A stretch of 64,000 bases of DNA from NCBI GenBank assembly GCA_030704615.1, contig CM060731.1, positions 48,298,001 to 48,362,000 on the forward strand. Direction: 5' to 3'. The DNA is from Takakia lepidozioides (Eukaryota; Plantae; Bryophyta). Positions 25,281 to 37,500 of this stretch are shown in pieces (positions within the stretch are counted from its first letter, which is position 1; the number at the start of each line of letters is the position of its first letter). Made by a program: the position numbers and the translations under genes. A model generated the notes under the pieces. The model was not told where the DNA came from and did no database searches. It was given only the letters and a program-made list of their open reading frames with translations.

Positions 25281-25450
25281 GGTGATTTGGCACTTTTTCC
25301 CACTTTTTTACACTTTTTCCCCAGTTATTTTCCAGTGTGATTTGGCCATGTCACTTTTTCCCCTGTTGTTTTCTAGTGTGATATGGTAAAGTCCCACTTT
25401 TCCCTATAGTTTTTCAGAGTGGCATGGTAATGTTACACTTTTTCCCTCTG
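25281..25450. repeat. Degenerate ~42 bp tandem repeats (possible transposon subterminal region)
   Basis: About four copies of GTGATTTGG..CACTTTTTCCC..TTTTC.AG. Confidence 0.55.
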
Positions 25451-25574
25451 TAATACGATTGTTTAAGGAATTCTTGAAGGAAAAACATATTTCCTTTTGA
25501 CAGAGGTAAGTGTTAGGGAAAAAAAGACACCTTTTCCACTTGCTACAGAGGAAACGTCCCCAAAAACTCCTTGT

Positions 25575-27315
25575 GCCATAACAGCGCCAAGAGTCGGAGG
25601 CCATTGCAAGAGTCTAAGGTTCTATAGCGCCAGAGGCAACACAAGTAACTTAAGGCTAGAAACACAGAGCTCCAGGGACTAACCATTGCAAGGTGCTTAA
25701 ATAGTCCTCCCCAGACCTCCTCTCAAGACTAGTTATGCCGACGAGGGCTTTTCTAGTTAGAGAGAGACCGATCTTAGTGATATCTATCCATCCTCTCGAA
25801 ACTAGTTACGCTGACGAGGGCTTGTCTCTAGTTGAGAGATATCGGAGGGCTTGTCTCGTTGAGAGAGATCGATCTTGGTGATCTCGATCCAGATTGTTGG
25901 AACTGCCGAAATCAAACATAGTACCCCAATGAAAGATTTCAAAGAATATTCAGGAAATATCCTCTAAAGTTATTTAGAAATAATATATTATGCCCCTATG
26001 TATCTCTGAAAGATCATGGGCAGAGAAAGGAAAATTGATCTTCTAGCCCCTTGCAAAGATCCCAATGAAAATGTTAAAGATGCCATATCTGGTTTTTGTG
26101 GTATGGCAGGAATATGTTACACTATGTTGCAAATGAAGAATATTTTGTTACACTCTGGTCAATGCAAATGAAGGTGACATTGTTGGGCGTCACCCCTTCC
26201 TGTCTCTTTTGCTGATAAATCTCAAAAGCCTCCCTCCCACATCTATGCTTTGTATATCCTGACATTATTGTGCATGTAAAGACATCTCATTTAGGCATAT
26301 TGTCAAACACTTGGCGTGCATCCACCACGCTCCCACACTTGGCATACATGTTCACAGGCACACTGGAGTAAAACGCCAAACATGATAAAGCCTATATAAT
26401 GCAAATCTTAGGTATAAGAGCTTAGGGGCCCTAACGATTTATGCCTAGATCACAGCAGCTTCCTCATGAATTCAATTATGCATGAATATCCATGATCTCT
26501 TCGTAACCTGCATGTCTCTTGCTGCTGCTTCTCTGTAATACAGCATGACAACAGGACGTGGATTCGAGGGTTAGAGCCATGCCATGTGGCATCAGAAAAT
26601 TTTGTTTGACGAGCTGAAATTACACACACCATGGACATGTAACTTGCAAATTCGAACTTTCCAACGTCTCTGTTTCATGAATGCTCTACAGTTTTTTGGA
26701 AACCACACCTAGATGTGAGCATATACTAGTTACACAGCTGTTACAATTCTGGATCTAGAGCTCTCCGAAAATTGCTCAAGACATATATAACTTGAAGTTA
26801 TGAATTCAGACATCCTGAGTTTACAGTTACTTACATTTCAGAGCTGGATTATATTGAAGTACTTAAGTACTTAATCTAGCTCTACGATTTCTTGTTCAAT
26901 CTTGAGCCTCAGATCGAAACGTATCTAGAGCTTGATAATTTATTCAAGACCCCTAGACCCCAGCGTGCAATGTAGGTCTACCTGAAATCACTCGACTGCA
27001 AATATGCCCTCTTGTGATCATTCAAGATTCTTTCAAATCGGTTTTGTAATTTTACTTTGCACATGAGCCACACACAATTTCACTCGCAAAAACAACTTTG
27101 AACACTCGGTTTAGGGTCTCTTGAGGACTCCTCTTCTCTTCGTCTTTCCGACAAATGTAGCCCACATCTATTCTGTGCTCTCTCCTCTCTCCTTTCAGTC
27201 TTCGTTCCGCCTCAATCCATCGCATGAGTGTCACGTATTACATGTGACATGACTCGTCTTCATATTTTGAAAACAATGCTAAAAAACAACAGCCAGGTAA
27301 TGGAACTTACCCAAA
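25575..27315. repeat. Rearranged relic of the PPR/PAL-upstream unit
   Basis: 25575-26163 = reverse complement of ~3067-3683; 26164-26356 = reverse complement of PPR ~346-543; 26420-26890 ~ 5595-6080 (direct); 27110-27315 ~ 6700-6910 (direct). Confidence 0.85.
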
Positions 27316-27369
27316 GTTCTAGCGACGACGGAAGGTCGGAAGCTAGTTTAGCGTAGAGCAGGAATAAGG

Positions 27370-27517
27370 TGCCATACTGCCATGTCATTGTCACCATGTC
27401 ATCTTCACCATGTCGTCGCCATGTCATCATCTCCACGTCATCATCACCACGTCATCGTCACCACATCATCGTCGCCATGTCATTGTCACCACATCATCGT
27501 TGCCACATCATCGTCGT
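27370..27517. repeat. Low-complexity CAT/CGT/CAC triplet repeat
   Basis: catcatcgtcgccatgtcattgtcacc-type units; source of spurious His/Ser-rich ORFs. Confidence 0.8.
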
Positions 27518-27779
27518 CAAAGTTTTTGGAATCTGCCCGAGATGCCCGAAACTAACCGCTCTCTTGCCGCGCGGGGAAGGCTTGATGATGTCCCCGCGTG
27601 CTTGAGCGCGGAAGGAAACACCGGCGGCAAATTGATAGAACAAGGCACTGCTAATGAAGGCACCTTCTTCAACACAGTGTCGTCTCTAAATTTATCATGT
27701 TGAATTCCGGAAGTTAGCTCGTTGGTGGATCTATGGTGATTTTGGAGTGTTGACATGTTACTGCCAATGTGGCAACAGG

Positions 27780-28150
27780 AAAGTATCAAGAGGTACATGC
27801 TGACATCATCAAAGCTAGAATTGGGTGAGATATCATTATGGAGACAACCCTTACTCTGACGTATGCTAAATGTAGAAGTGTTAAGGAAGCGCGCAAAGTG
27901 TTTGACAATATGACTCAACAAGCTTGGAACGCCATAATCATGGGATATGCTCAGCATGGGTATGGTAGGGAGGCTCTAGAGATCTATGAGCAAATGATAC
28001 TGGAAGGGGTGATACCCAACTAGGTCACATTCATCCTGAATGCTACTGCCACCCTATGAGCCCTGGAAAAGGGCAAAGTGGTCCATGTCGAAATTGAGAA
28101 GACTGGAATTGCACCAAGGATGAAGTTGGAAAATTCTCTTGTCGACATGT
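27780..28150 (+). pseudogene. PLS PPR fragment
   Basis: YAKCRSVKEARKVFDNMTQQAWNAIIMGYAQHGYGREALEIYEQM with stops. Confidence 0.85.
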
Positions 28151-29159
28151 TATGCGTTTTAGTCCTATGAAGTTCTTTCTTTCCAGCGGATGTTATTAAG
28201 TACCATTTCATTTCATTTCATTTCCATTCCATACATTTCCTTTCATTTGTTGCTGTTCCGTGGAATCCTCTTCTTGTTCCCTAGATCAACTGGAGGGTTG
28301 AAAGGTTTATACGCGAAGATTTGACATGTTCATCATACATTAATTTGACAAATATGGCCGCCAAACAAGTTCTTCAATGATATTGCGGGATCAGCATTGC
28401 ATATCTAAAAGATGTGATTTCCCAGGTTGGTATTTGGTACGCCCTTTTGATCATCTCATTGCTAATGTGCCTATTTACCAAATGCTTGAACCACCATTTA
28501 CATCTGCTGACCTTTAAACCCTAGAGATCTAGGGAGTAAGAGAGGGTCATCAGATGTTGTTTGCCATATACTTGGGACTATATACCCTAAGCCTAGTCTA
28601 GACAGCGCACAGAAACAGACAATTTAAGGTGATGGATATTTTAATTGTCAAGCTCGTTTTATGCATGCAGAATGTTGTAGCAAACACTCTCCAGGGAAAC
28701 GACATTGCTGGCCAGTCAACTTGTTCAAGGGGACCCCTCCCAACATTTTCTTCAAGCTCGTTTGTGATGACTACCCTCCTTCCATAGGGCCAGCTATGCT
28801 CCGAGATTGAGCTCGCAGCCACTCTCCATTATCCGTGGGAGTACGTACTTGCCAAAGGGATGGAGAAAGGTCATGTTAGCAACGGTCCACTTGCCAATGG
28901 AGAGAGTGGTCCATGGCTCAGGTGAATGGGCCAGGCTTTGGTTCCATTCCAAGCCTATTGGCCGAAACCGAGGGCTCTCCCTCTGTGGGCCCAAGTAGGC
29001 CATCTATGAACATCATATCTCCTGAGCCCCTTACTACAAAGGCAGCAATTGCAGCAGCTATAAGTGAGTGTCCTTCCTTTTTATGACTCAATGTGCTCAA
29101 CTGTCCTTTTGGCCCTCAATGACACCCCTCCGTAGTTTCCTCCCCCCAAGTTCTCAATG

Positions 29160-29755
29160 TTGGTGTTCTCAATGCTTACGCTAGTCTGGCAGCTCTGAAG
29201 AAGGGCAAAGAGATCCATACTGATATTAGGAAGGTTGAAATTGTGCCATATGTCATTCTCGGCACTGCCCTGTGGACATGTATGCCAAATGCGGTAGCAT
29301 AAAAAATGCAAATCAAGTGTTCAACAATATGGCTCAATGAGATGTGGTTTCGTGGAACGCGATGATCACATGATATGCTCAGTTTGGTTATGGTAGGGAG
29401 GCTTCAGAAACCTACAAGGAAATGATAGGGGAAGACGGGTTCTCAATGCTTGTGCCAGCCTGGCAGTCTTGGAAAAAGATATAGAAGTTCATGCTGACAT
29501 CACGAAGGCCGGAAATTGTGCCAAATGTCGTTCTGGACACTGCCCTGGTCCACATGTATGCCAAATGCAGGAACAAAGTATATGCGACAAGTGTTCGACA
29601 ATATGGCTCAGCTGAATGTGGTCTCCTGGAATGCAATGATCGCAGGATATGCCCAGCATGGGTGTGGTAGGGAAGCTTGGAACACTCATGAGGGGGGGGA
29701 TACAGGAAGGGACAAAACCCAACAAGGTCACCTTTGTTTACATTCTTAAAGCAAG
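29160..29755 (+). pseudogene. PLS PPR fragment, heavily frameshifted
   Basis: VDMYAKCG and RQVFDNMAQLNVVSWNAMIAGYAQHGCGREA pieces. Confidence 0.85.
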
Positions 29756-31158
29756 GTCACTGCTCAACCTCAAGATTTGGAAGTTGTTGAACAGAGGTGC
29801 AGGGACTAAGGTCTTGATGGTCCTCAAGAGGGTTACTTTCTGATGAAAATACCTGAGACTTCGTATCAAAACATGGAAACTGTCTTCAGGCCTCCCGTAC
29901 ATCGGGCATTGTCAGAGTGGGTTCTATTTAGATATATTGGCAGGTTAGTAGAATGGCTTTGTTGCAGTGGAATTCTGGCAGCCGCAGTGGAAAACAGGTT
30001 GACTCCTGCGGAAGCAAGCGGAAGTGATGGTGTCACTTCACCCTGAAATGGGCTACTGCCTTCCGTCGGGAAGGTGGACACCTTCTAATGGCATAACCAG
30101 GGCAGGTGGAGCCAGGTTTGGGCAGGTTTCTACACAGTTGGCCTCTCAAAACTTATGAGTATCTTTGATTGAAGTCATAGGTAGTCTAGAAAAATAACCA
30201 TGTGCACGCTCTTCAGCTATCAGATCTGCAAATTTGAATTTCGTCTGCCTCTTATTAAGTTTGAAGGTCAAAATCTTTGTCAAAAACCATTGTTTTCCGC
30301 CTTTGGTAGGCATATGAAATGCTTCTACCCTTGTATTGCATATACAGGTCATGGTTAGAAAGGCCTCTTTGGAAGTACGAATTTTCTTTGACAGTTGGTT
30401 TTCAAACCAGCTTCTTCAATCAACCATCGTATGACTTCATCTTATTTTGCTTTCTCAATACTATAAAGTACTGATTTATGGTGCTTGAACTCTTATTTCG
30501 CTTTCTCAATCCTATCAAATACTGATTTATGGTGCTTGAAAGGCAATGGTACTGTGGCGGAGAAGCATTGTGTATAAGCAGGAAGCTATTGTGAAGCGCG
30601 GAGAGCAGGTGGATGCCATCCTGTTGACTGAACTCTGCAGGGGCAAAGTTGACTATGTAAAGGTGGCTTTTCCTTTGTTGCTTCATGGTCGGAGCTCAAC
30701 ATGGCTCCTACTTCCCCTACTGTCATCCGAAAAACAATGACATACGGGATGTATGTTTGTAAGACCCTGGGGATGACCCACCCCTTTGTATTAGGTAAAG
30801 TCCTGCAACGAGGGCTTTACGTGATTCAAGATTCCATAGTCCCCGGGGCGGCAGCACAAGGGCGTGGGAATCTTGAATTGCGTAAAAGCCAGAGTTACAG
30901 GACTTTAACTAACATAAAAACCGCATTGTTGAGCGTGTGAAAAAGAAAATTACCTGCCTATCTGCCCGTAATCTGAGATTACGGGCCCAAGCCCATGGGC
31001 TCCATGGCTTAGCAGGACAAGAGGGATTGATGCTATTAAAAGCACACCAAAACTACACTAGCTAGGTTTTTACGTAAGTAGTTCTCAGAATTCGTCGCTA
31101 GTAGAGCGGAGCAACGCGAAGCCCTAGTTCTGTTTGCAAATTGGACAGTTTTCCATGG

Positions 31159-31438
31159 GCCTTTTGCTTTTGGTCTCTCTTTTTTTTTCAGCTCAGCTGA
31201 TAAGTGCACAGTGTGTCACCCCGATGGTTTGGGGTTCGAACCCGGTGCCTTGTCCCGTGTGTTGGATTGTTTGTGACGGTATGTCTAGGTGTTGATCGTC
31301 CTGTAGGTCTAATGGCCCATAAATGAAAGGGGGTTAATTTTTCCCCCTCCTCATGGGCCTGAATTGTGGGCTGTCGCTCCCAGGTTTCCTTTTTTATTAA
31401 ATATTTTTTTTATAAAAAAGAGACCAAAAGCAAAAGGC
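31159..31438 (+). mobile_element. Second copy of the SINE-like element with inverted flanks
   Basis: A box/B box (GGTTCGAACCC); 20 bp inverted flanks GCCTTTTGCTTTTGGTCTCT. Confidence 0.6.
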
Positions 31439-32083
31439 GGATGCGTTTGGGACTGCTGGCAAGTTCTTTGTCATTTGCATGTAGAGCATTTTTACTAGTG
31501 GTCGGCAATCAAGGGCAGACTCAGATAATTCCTTGTTGTTGATCCTCTCGACAACCAAGTCATTAAGTTTTCCATTGTGGGATACAGCATAATGTTGTGA
31601 GGCATCATGCCGTCGAGAATCAAGTTAAGCAATTTTAATGCATGAAATTTTCAAATGCATGAAATTTTCTGAATGATCATGTCTCATGCTACTGCTGTGC
31701 CTGCGGTGATCATCAGATTACAAAATTGTGCTTTGGGTTGAACAGAACTTATAACATTCAATGATGCGGAGGATGATTTTGTGGACGTCATGAGTTCTGG
31801 TGAAAGTAAAACAGGGTCATTTAAAGAGCCCTTTTGTTATCAAGATTATGGACCCTGGCTGCTCCAACGCTTCTGACGCTTTTTGTGAGGAGAGTGTGAT
31901 GACACTTATTAGTGAATTGTGCTACCTACAGCTCAAATTATAGCCTCTCTATGCATGTACATCTGGCCTTTCCTGTTTCTACTTTAGCGTTTGATCAATG
32001 AATGCATCATATGATGCAAGTTTGGAAAGGGAAGTTAAAAATTCCGAATCCCTGTGACGATCTACTATCGAAGGTAATCCGCC

Positions 32084-34262
32084 TTAGCAGCGCTGGGCAA
32101 AAAGGCCGGGTGTCCCAGTCCAACCGTCCACGCATTTGAGAAGAGGACCCACAAGCTTGCCTTGGGAGATGGCATTGTACACCTTCTCAATCTCTTGACC
32201 AGGAGACACAGTCCTCAAGCCTGATAGCAACTGGGTCCCTAATTCTGACCTCACAAATCTGTAGAGAGGGTATGTCCTGCAGTCTTCAATCCGGTTTGGC
32301 ACTGCCGAATACCCCTTGTTATCGTACGACTCCCGGACCAAAGGTACAGCAATGTTCAGGCGCGTCTTCAACTCTCTTCAAAGATTGCAATCCTGTGGAA
32401 CACTGATGTAGTCTCCGATTTTTCATTCTTGGGGTTTTGGAGCGCATGACTCACCAAGACTTCCCTTAGTTTCTGCATCAGGGGGTAAGTTTCACTGCTG
32501 GCATCATCGATGTAGCTGAATACAGGCTGGCGATCCACCAGGCTGAGAAGGTCCTTCTCGCAGAACCGTGATGGCAAAAGTGCGCCGTTACTGCCTGTGA
32601 AGAGCGTCTTCTTGGCGACGTGGGAAACAATTTGCCTCACTGTCGTCTGCATCGTCTCCTCGATGTGGCGAAGGTCCACGGCCTGGCAGAGGCCCACCAA
32701 GAAAGTGGAGCTCATAAGCTTCAGAATCTCAATAGATTCCTCGGTCTTTCTTGCAGACACTAAACCCAGCGAGTTGACATCCTGGTTGTGCTGCTCAGCA
32801 CTTTGCACGTGGGTGGTCACTGGGTTGGCTAAGTAGTTCAACTCCGAGAGGTATGAAGCCATGGCGATCTCCCGCCCTTCATTCCGTAGTCCAGACTTGG
32901 GTTAGGTCCTCCACTGAGGTTTGAAGGAAGCCCATTGTTGTAGTAGTCGTTTACCAGCTCAGAGAACTGTGCAAACATGAGCTTCCCAATCGCAGCAACG
33001 GCCAACCGCATGTTGTCCATGGAGACTCCAATGGGGGTTCCTTGGAAATTCCCGCCATGCAGGGCCCTGTCCCCGGCAGCATCAATGATTGGGTTGTCGT
33101 TGACAGAGTTGATTTCTCTTTGAATGGCATGTGTGGCATTGCGAATCACCTCCACCTGTGGGCCGAGCCATTGTGGGGAAGTCCGTAGCGCATATCGATC
33201 CTGCTTGGGTTTCTTCAAAGGGTCGGTCTCATGGAGTTTTGCTGCTGCCTTCATGTATGAGCTTCCATCGAGCACCCACTCCATAATGGCAGCCGCCTCC
33301 ATCTGGCCTGGGTGGTGCTTCAGCTTGTGCGTCAGGGGATCAGCAAACTCGGGCTTTCCTTGCATCACCTCACAGAACAGGGCCGAAAGAACCTCAGCCA
33401 GTAGGACCATCACATTCGCGTCAAAGCAGACAGTGGATGCCAAGGCTGACCCCACCGCTGTTCCATTGACAATGGCCAGGCCTTCCTTGGGCTGCAATTC
33501 AAAAGGTTTCTCGACCCCGGCCAGTCTCAGAGCTTCCAAGGCTGACACTTCCTGTCCGTCCTCGGTGACAGCTCTGGAGTTGGGCCTGGCAGTAAGTAGT
33601 CCCGCGATGTAAGATAAAGGAACAAGGTCTCCAGAAGCGGTGACGGTCCCTCGGAGTGGCAACTTGGGTGTGACATTTGCATTCAAAAGCTTTTCCATGG
33701 CTTCCAGGATCTCCCAACGAATGCCAGAGAATCCCTGCATTAACGTGTTGGTGCGCACAAGCATGGCTGCCCGCGTGGTGCACGCAGGGAGGGTGTTGCC
33801 CTTGCCCAAAACTCCCGCATTCAGAAACCTAATGAGCTCTCTCTGGAGCTCCACCCCTTGCTGTGTACGCCGGTGGGAGGTGGCTCCGAAACCAGTTGTG
33901 ACGCCATAGATATCCCCACCGTTCATGATCTTCTGGAGAACCCAGTTGGAGCTTTCGTCCACTCGATTCTTGGCATTGGCCGCATCCAGCACCACTCTCA
34001 CCTCTGGTCGGCGGGCCACGGCTGCCACTTGAGCAACCGTTAAGGTCACCCCTTCAATGGCTACTTCGGTTGCGTCATAGAATGTTTTCACCATATCTTT
34101 AACCTCGTCCAGGTGATTGCCTTGCAGGGCTGAGGCTGCTCGCCCCCAGTTGAGAGGGTCAGCAGGCTGTACCTTTGTGCAAAAAGATTCCAAACTAGCC
34201 TCGTGCTCAGCTTTGATGCCACTGCCATTGACGCTCACCCGAGCTCCGTTGGCCGTCACCAT
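32084..34262 (-). pseudogene. PAL: PAL copy 2 with two 1-bp deletions (recent pseudogene or consensus error)
   Basis: Near-identical to copy 1; GGGG>GGG at ~32872 and GG>G at ~32374 split it into ORFs 32838-34262, 32368-32862 and 32084-32371. Confidence 0.9.
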
Positions 34263-34508
34263 CCTCGCAGAACTTTAATGGAGACCGTGGAAAGAAAACT
34301 AAATAAGAATTATATACCGTCCCCGCGAGTGTTGAGAAAGGAACAGAGAGAAGAGAGGCCTGTTGCGAGCTACACGGATCACAGAGAAGGGAACCTCTTC
34401 AATGGATGGAATTCCAGGTGATCTTAGTGCTGTTGAATTCAATATCTCTGAGACACCCAATCCGGAGTTTGATCGGAGAGTGATGAGAATGAGAGTCCTG
34501 AGGAGCTG

Positions 34509-34516
34509 TATTTATA
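34509..34516 (-). promoter_or_regulatory. TATA box of PAL copy 2
   Basis: TATAAATA on the minus strand, same context as 7425-7432. Confidence 0.65.
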
Positions 34517-37500
34517 AGCAGTGGACATAAGAGCTAGTCATGTGGGACCCAGGGGCTGATACGAAGCTGGCTGCCAGGCTCCAATACATAGGCAGTCCAC
34601 GGCTGCGTCGCGACTCGCCACACCTCAAATCTGCACGCGGCCTTACTTGACTAGGTCACGCAAAGTTGAAAAACAGACCAGTATGTGATAGAATACATAT
34701 ATATACACAATGCACCATCTCACAGGTGAAGTGTTGATCGGCTGAGCAGCAGCAGCCTCTCGAGAATGTGAGCAGACCATGTTGACCAGCTTCTCTCCAC
34801 AACACACGTTGCTAGTGAGGCGAACTGGGAAACGCGCTGCCAAATGTGAGCACCACCTCTTTGACTATTTGAAAACCGTCCAAAGCCAACTACATACACT
34901 TCTTTGACTGAAGCATGGAAGATGAGGAGCACGTTGACAATTGAGTCAAATTGGGAGTATGTTTAAATATCTTATTTATTTATGGAAGTGGAAAACTCCA
35001 ATTTGAAAACAGAACTTGGGTTCTGTGTTCCAGTACCTGGCTGTTGTTTTTGAGCACTCAAGAAATTTGAAAATGTGAAGACGAGTCATCTCACATGTAA
35101 TACGTGACACTCATGCGATGGATTGAGGCGGAACGAAGACTGAAAGGAGAGAGGAGAGAGCACAGAATAGATGTGGGCTACATATGTCGGAAAGACGAAG
35201 AGAAGAGGAGTCCTCAAGAGACCCTAAACCGAGTGTTCAAAGTTGTTGTTGTGAGTGAAATTGTGTGTGACTCATGTGCAAAGTAAAATTCACAAAACCC
35301 AGGTGTAAGATAATTTTGAATGCTCACAAGAGGGCATTTGCAGTTATTTCAGGTAGACCTACATATAGTGGCCCTAATGTGTCAGTGCAATTGGCATCAT
35401 GTGCCATTCGCTGGCTGTACAAACAAATTGGGATTACCTGTGAGTATGTGTTCGTGGTAGGCACAGAGATGGTTTGTTTCCTGGTCTTCATGCTAGGCTT
35501 TGGTTTCTGTTTTGAGTTTGTTTAGAATGGACACCCTACATCTCGCGGGTATGCTGGTGAGAGGGCAAGACGGCACGGCCTGGTTGCTCGAAATTCCCCT
35601 ATGCTTTGAACTTTGAAGAAAGAGCCTTTCCAGGCCGTCGCTAACCAGGCTAGTCTGTCCTTAAGAGCCCTGCCAAATGGCATGCGGTTGGTTTGGCACA
35701 TAATAGTTGGAGAATTCTGCCACCAGTTGACCAAGTTTGAAAAATGTTTTATCACGAGGGCTGTCTCTTGGACAGTGCCAAATAGTAGGAGAATTCTGCC
35801 ACCAGTTGACCAAGTTTGAAAAATGTTTTATCACAAGGGCTGTCACTTGGACAGGGAGTGAATAAAAGAAACGAGGTGTCAGCACAGTAAGAGAAGCCTA
35901 GGCTGCATGTATACAGTCCGTATGCAGTTCTGTCATTGATGATTGAAATGTACTGCAATGTGCGCATGGTCTGCATCCAGAGGAGAGGATTGAACTGTCG
36001 TAGTGATCCCCTGGTTTCGATTCAGCAGTCGCGGGAACCCTGAACCCCACGTACGAACTGTGTTAGTTCTAGACTAAACGAGTTCTAGACTCGATATTTG
36101 ATCAGTATGAATTATCAAGCTCTAGATACGTTTACAAATCGTAGAGCTAGATTGAATGTTTAGGACTTCAAATTAATCCAGCTTCAAAATGTCACTCTGG
36201 ATGATTTAAGGTACATATATATCTCAACTTCGGGAGATATATTTATGACGATGCCAACCGAAGTTCCAGAATTGTAACAGCTGTGTAACTAGTGTATGAT
36301 CTATAGACCGCATACCTAGATTCTAGCTGTGGTTTCCAAAAAATGTAGCATTCATGAAATAGATACGTCGGATAAGTTTGAATTTACAAACCTGTCCATG
36401 GTGTGTGTAATTACAACTCGTCGAAGAAAATGCACATGGCACCGCTCTAGCCCTCGAATCCACATCCTGATCGTCATTATATGCTGTATTACAGAGAAGC
36501 AGCAGCAAGATACATGCAGGTTACGAAGAGATCATGGATGCTGCATAGTCGAATGAGGAAGCTGCTGTGATCTTAGCATAAATCTAAGTTAGCCCCTAAA
36601 CTCTTCTACATAAATTTTTTCTTATTTAGGCATATCAAGTTTAGCATTATCTTCAAGACAGTTTGCTTCAAGCGTTGTGACTCAGTTGGGAAATACATTC
36701 CACTGATCCATATATTTAAGAGACCGCCCCTGTAAGGCTTATGTAGTTGTATGGTCTACTTTGAACTTCGACACACTATAATGTAGTGTCTATGATTGTA
36801 AGTAGTTTTAAAGTGCAGTGAGAGCTACATACAGATTGCATCACGTTGCTGAGTTGTGAAATGTGGTGTCGCCAGCCTAGTGTACCGGCGGTCTAGTTGC
36901 TGATGATGCGGACTACATGGAGCTTCGCCACCTTGTATAGGATATGAATAGAGCTGGCAGTTCGATTGCGAGTTCGGTCGACCAGAAGCCGTATGTCCGA
37001 TCTCAAGCTTCCTTGGATTGCGATATAATGGAGTACCCAACTGAATATTTGAGCACACTGGATGTTGAGAGTGATCATTGCCATGGAGGCAAAAGCGTAG
37101 TGACTCGTACATTGTACAAGCTGCATGCTGAACAATATCCTCAATGGGTGATTGACATTGTGGCACCGGTGGCCTTATTGGAGCATACCGCCGTGGCTGA
37201 TGTTGCCGTTGCAGAGGCGCAGGGTGTCCTGTCAGTGTGGGATGTTGGCCAGGTAGAGATGTCTGTCCCAGAGATGAGAGTTGGAAAGAAGATCTCATGT
37301 AATGACCATATGGCTCAGGCAGTGCTTGGCACTTAGCTGCAATCTCCATGACGCTAGGAAATTGTCGATTGGCCACCAAATCACTGGTTTCTGCAGATTG
37401 AAATCATCACAGTTGGCCTTAGTCTAGGATACTTGGGATGTACGTTCGAGGGAAGTTTTGACCAAAGTATTTAGTTACGAGCTAGTTACACACATGTATA

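Noticed and set aside
25365-25378. CACTAGAAAAC on the minus strand as the right TIR of the cargo-carrying element
   Set aside because: It lies inside a tandem repeat unit, and no matching left TIR or 3 bp TSD was found.
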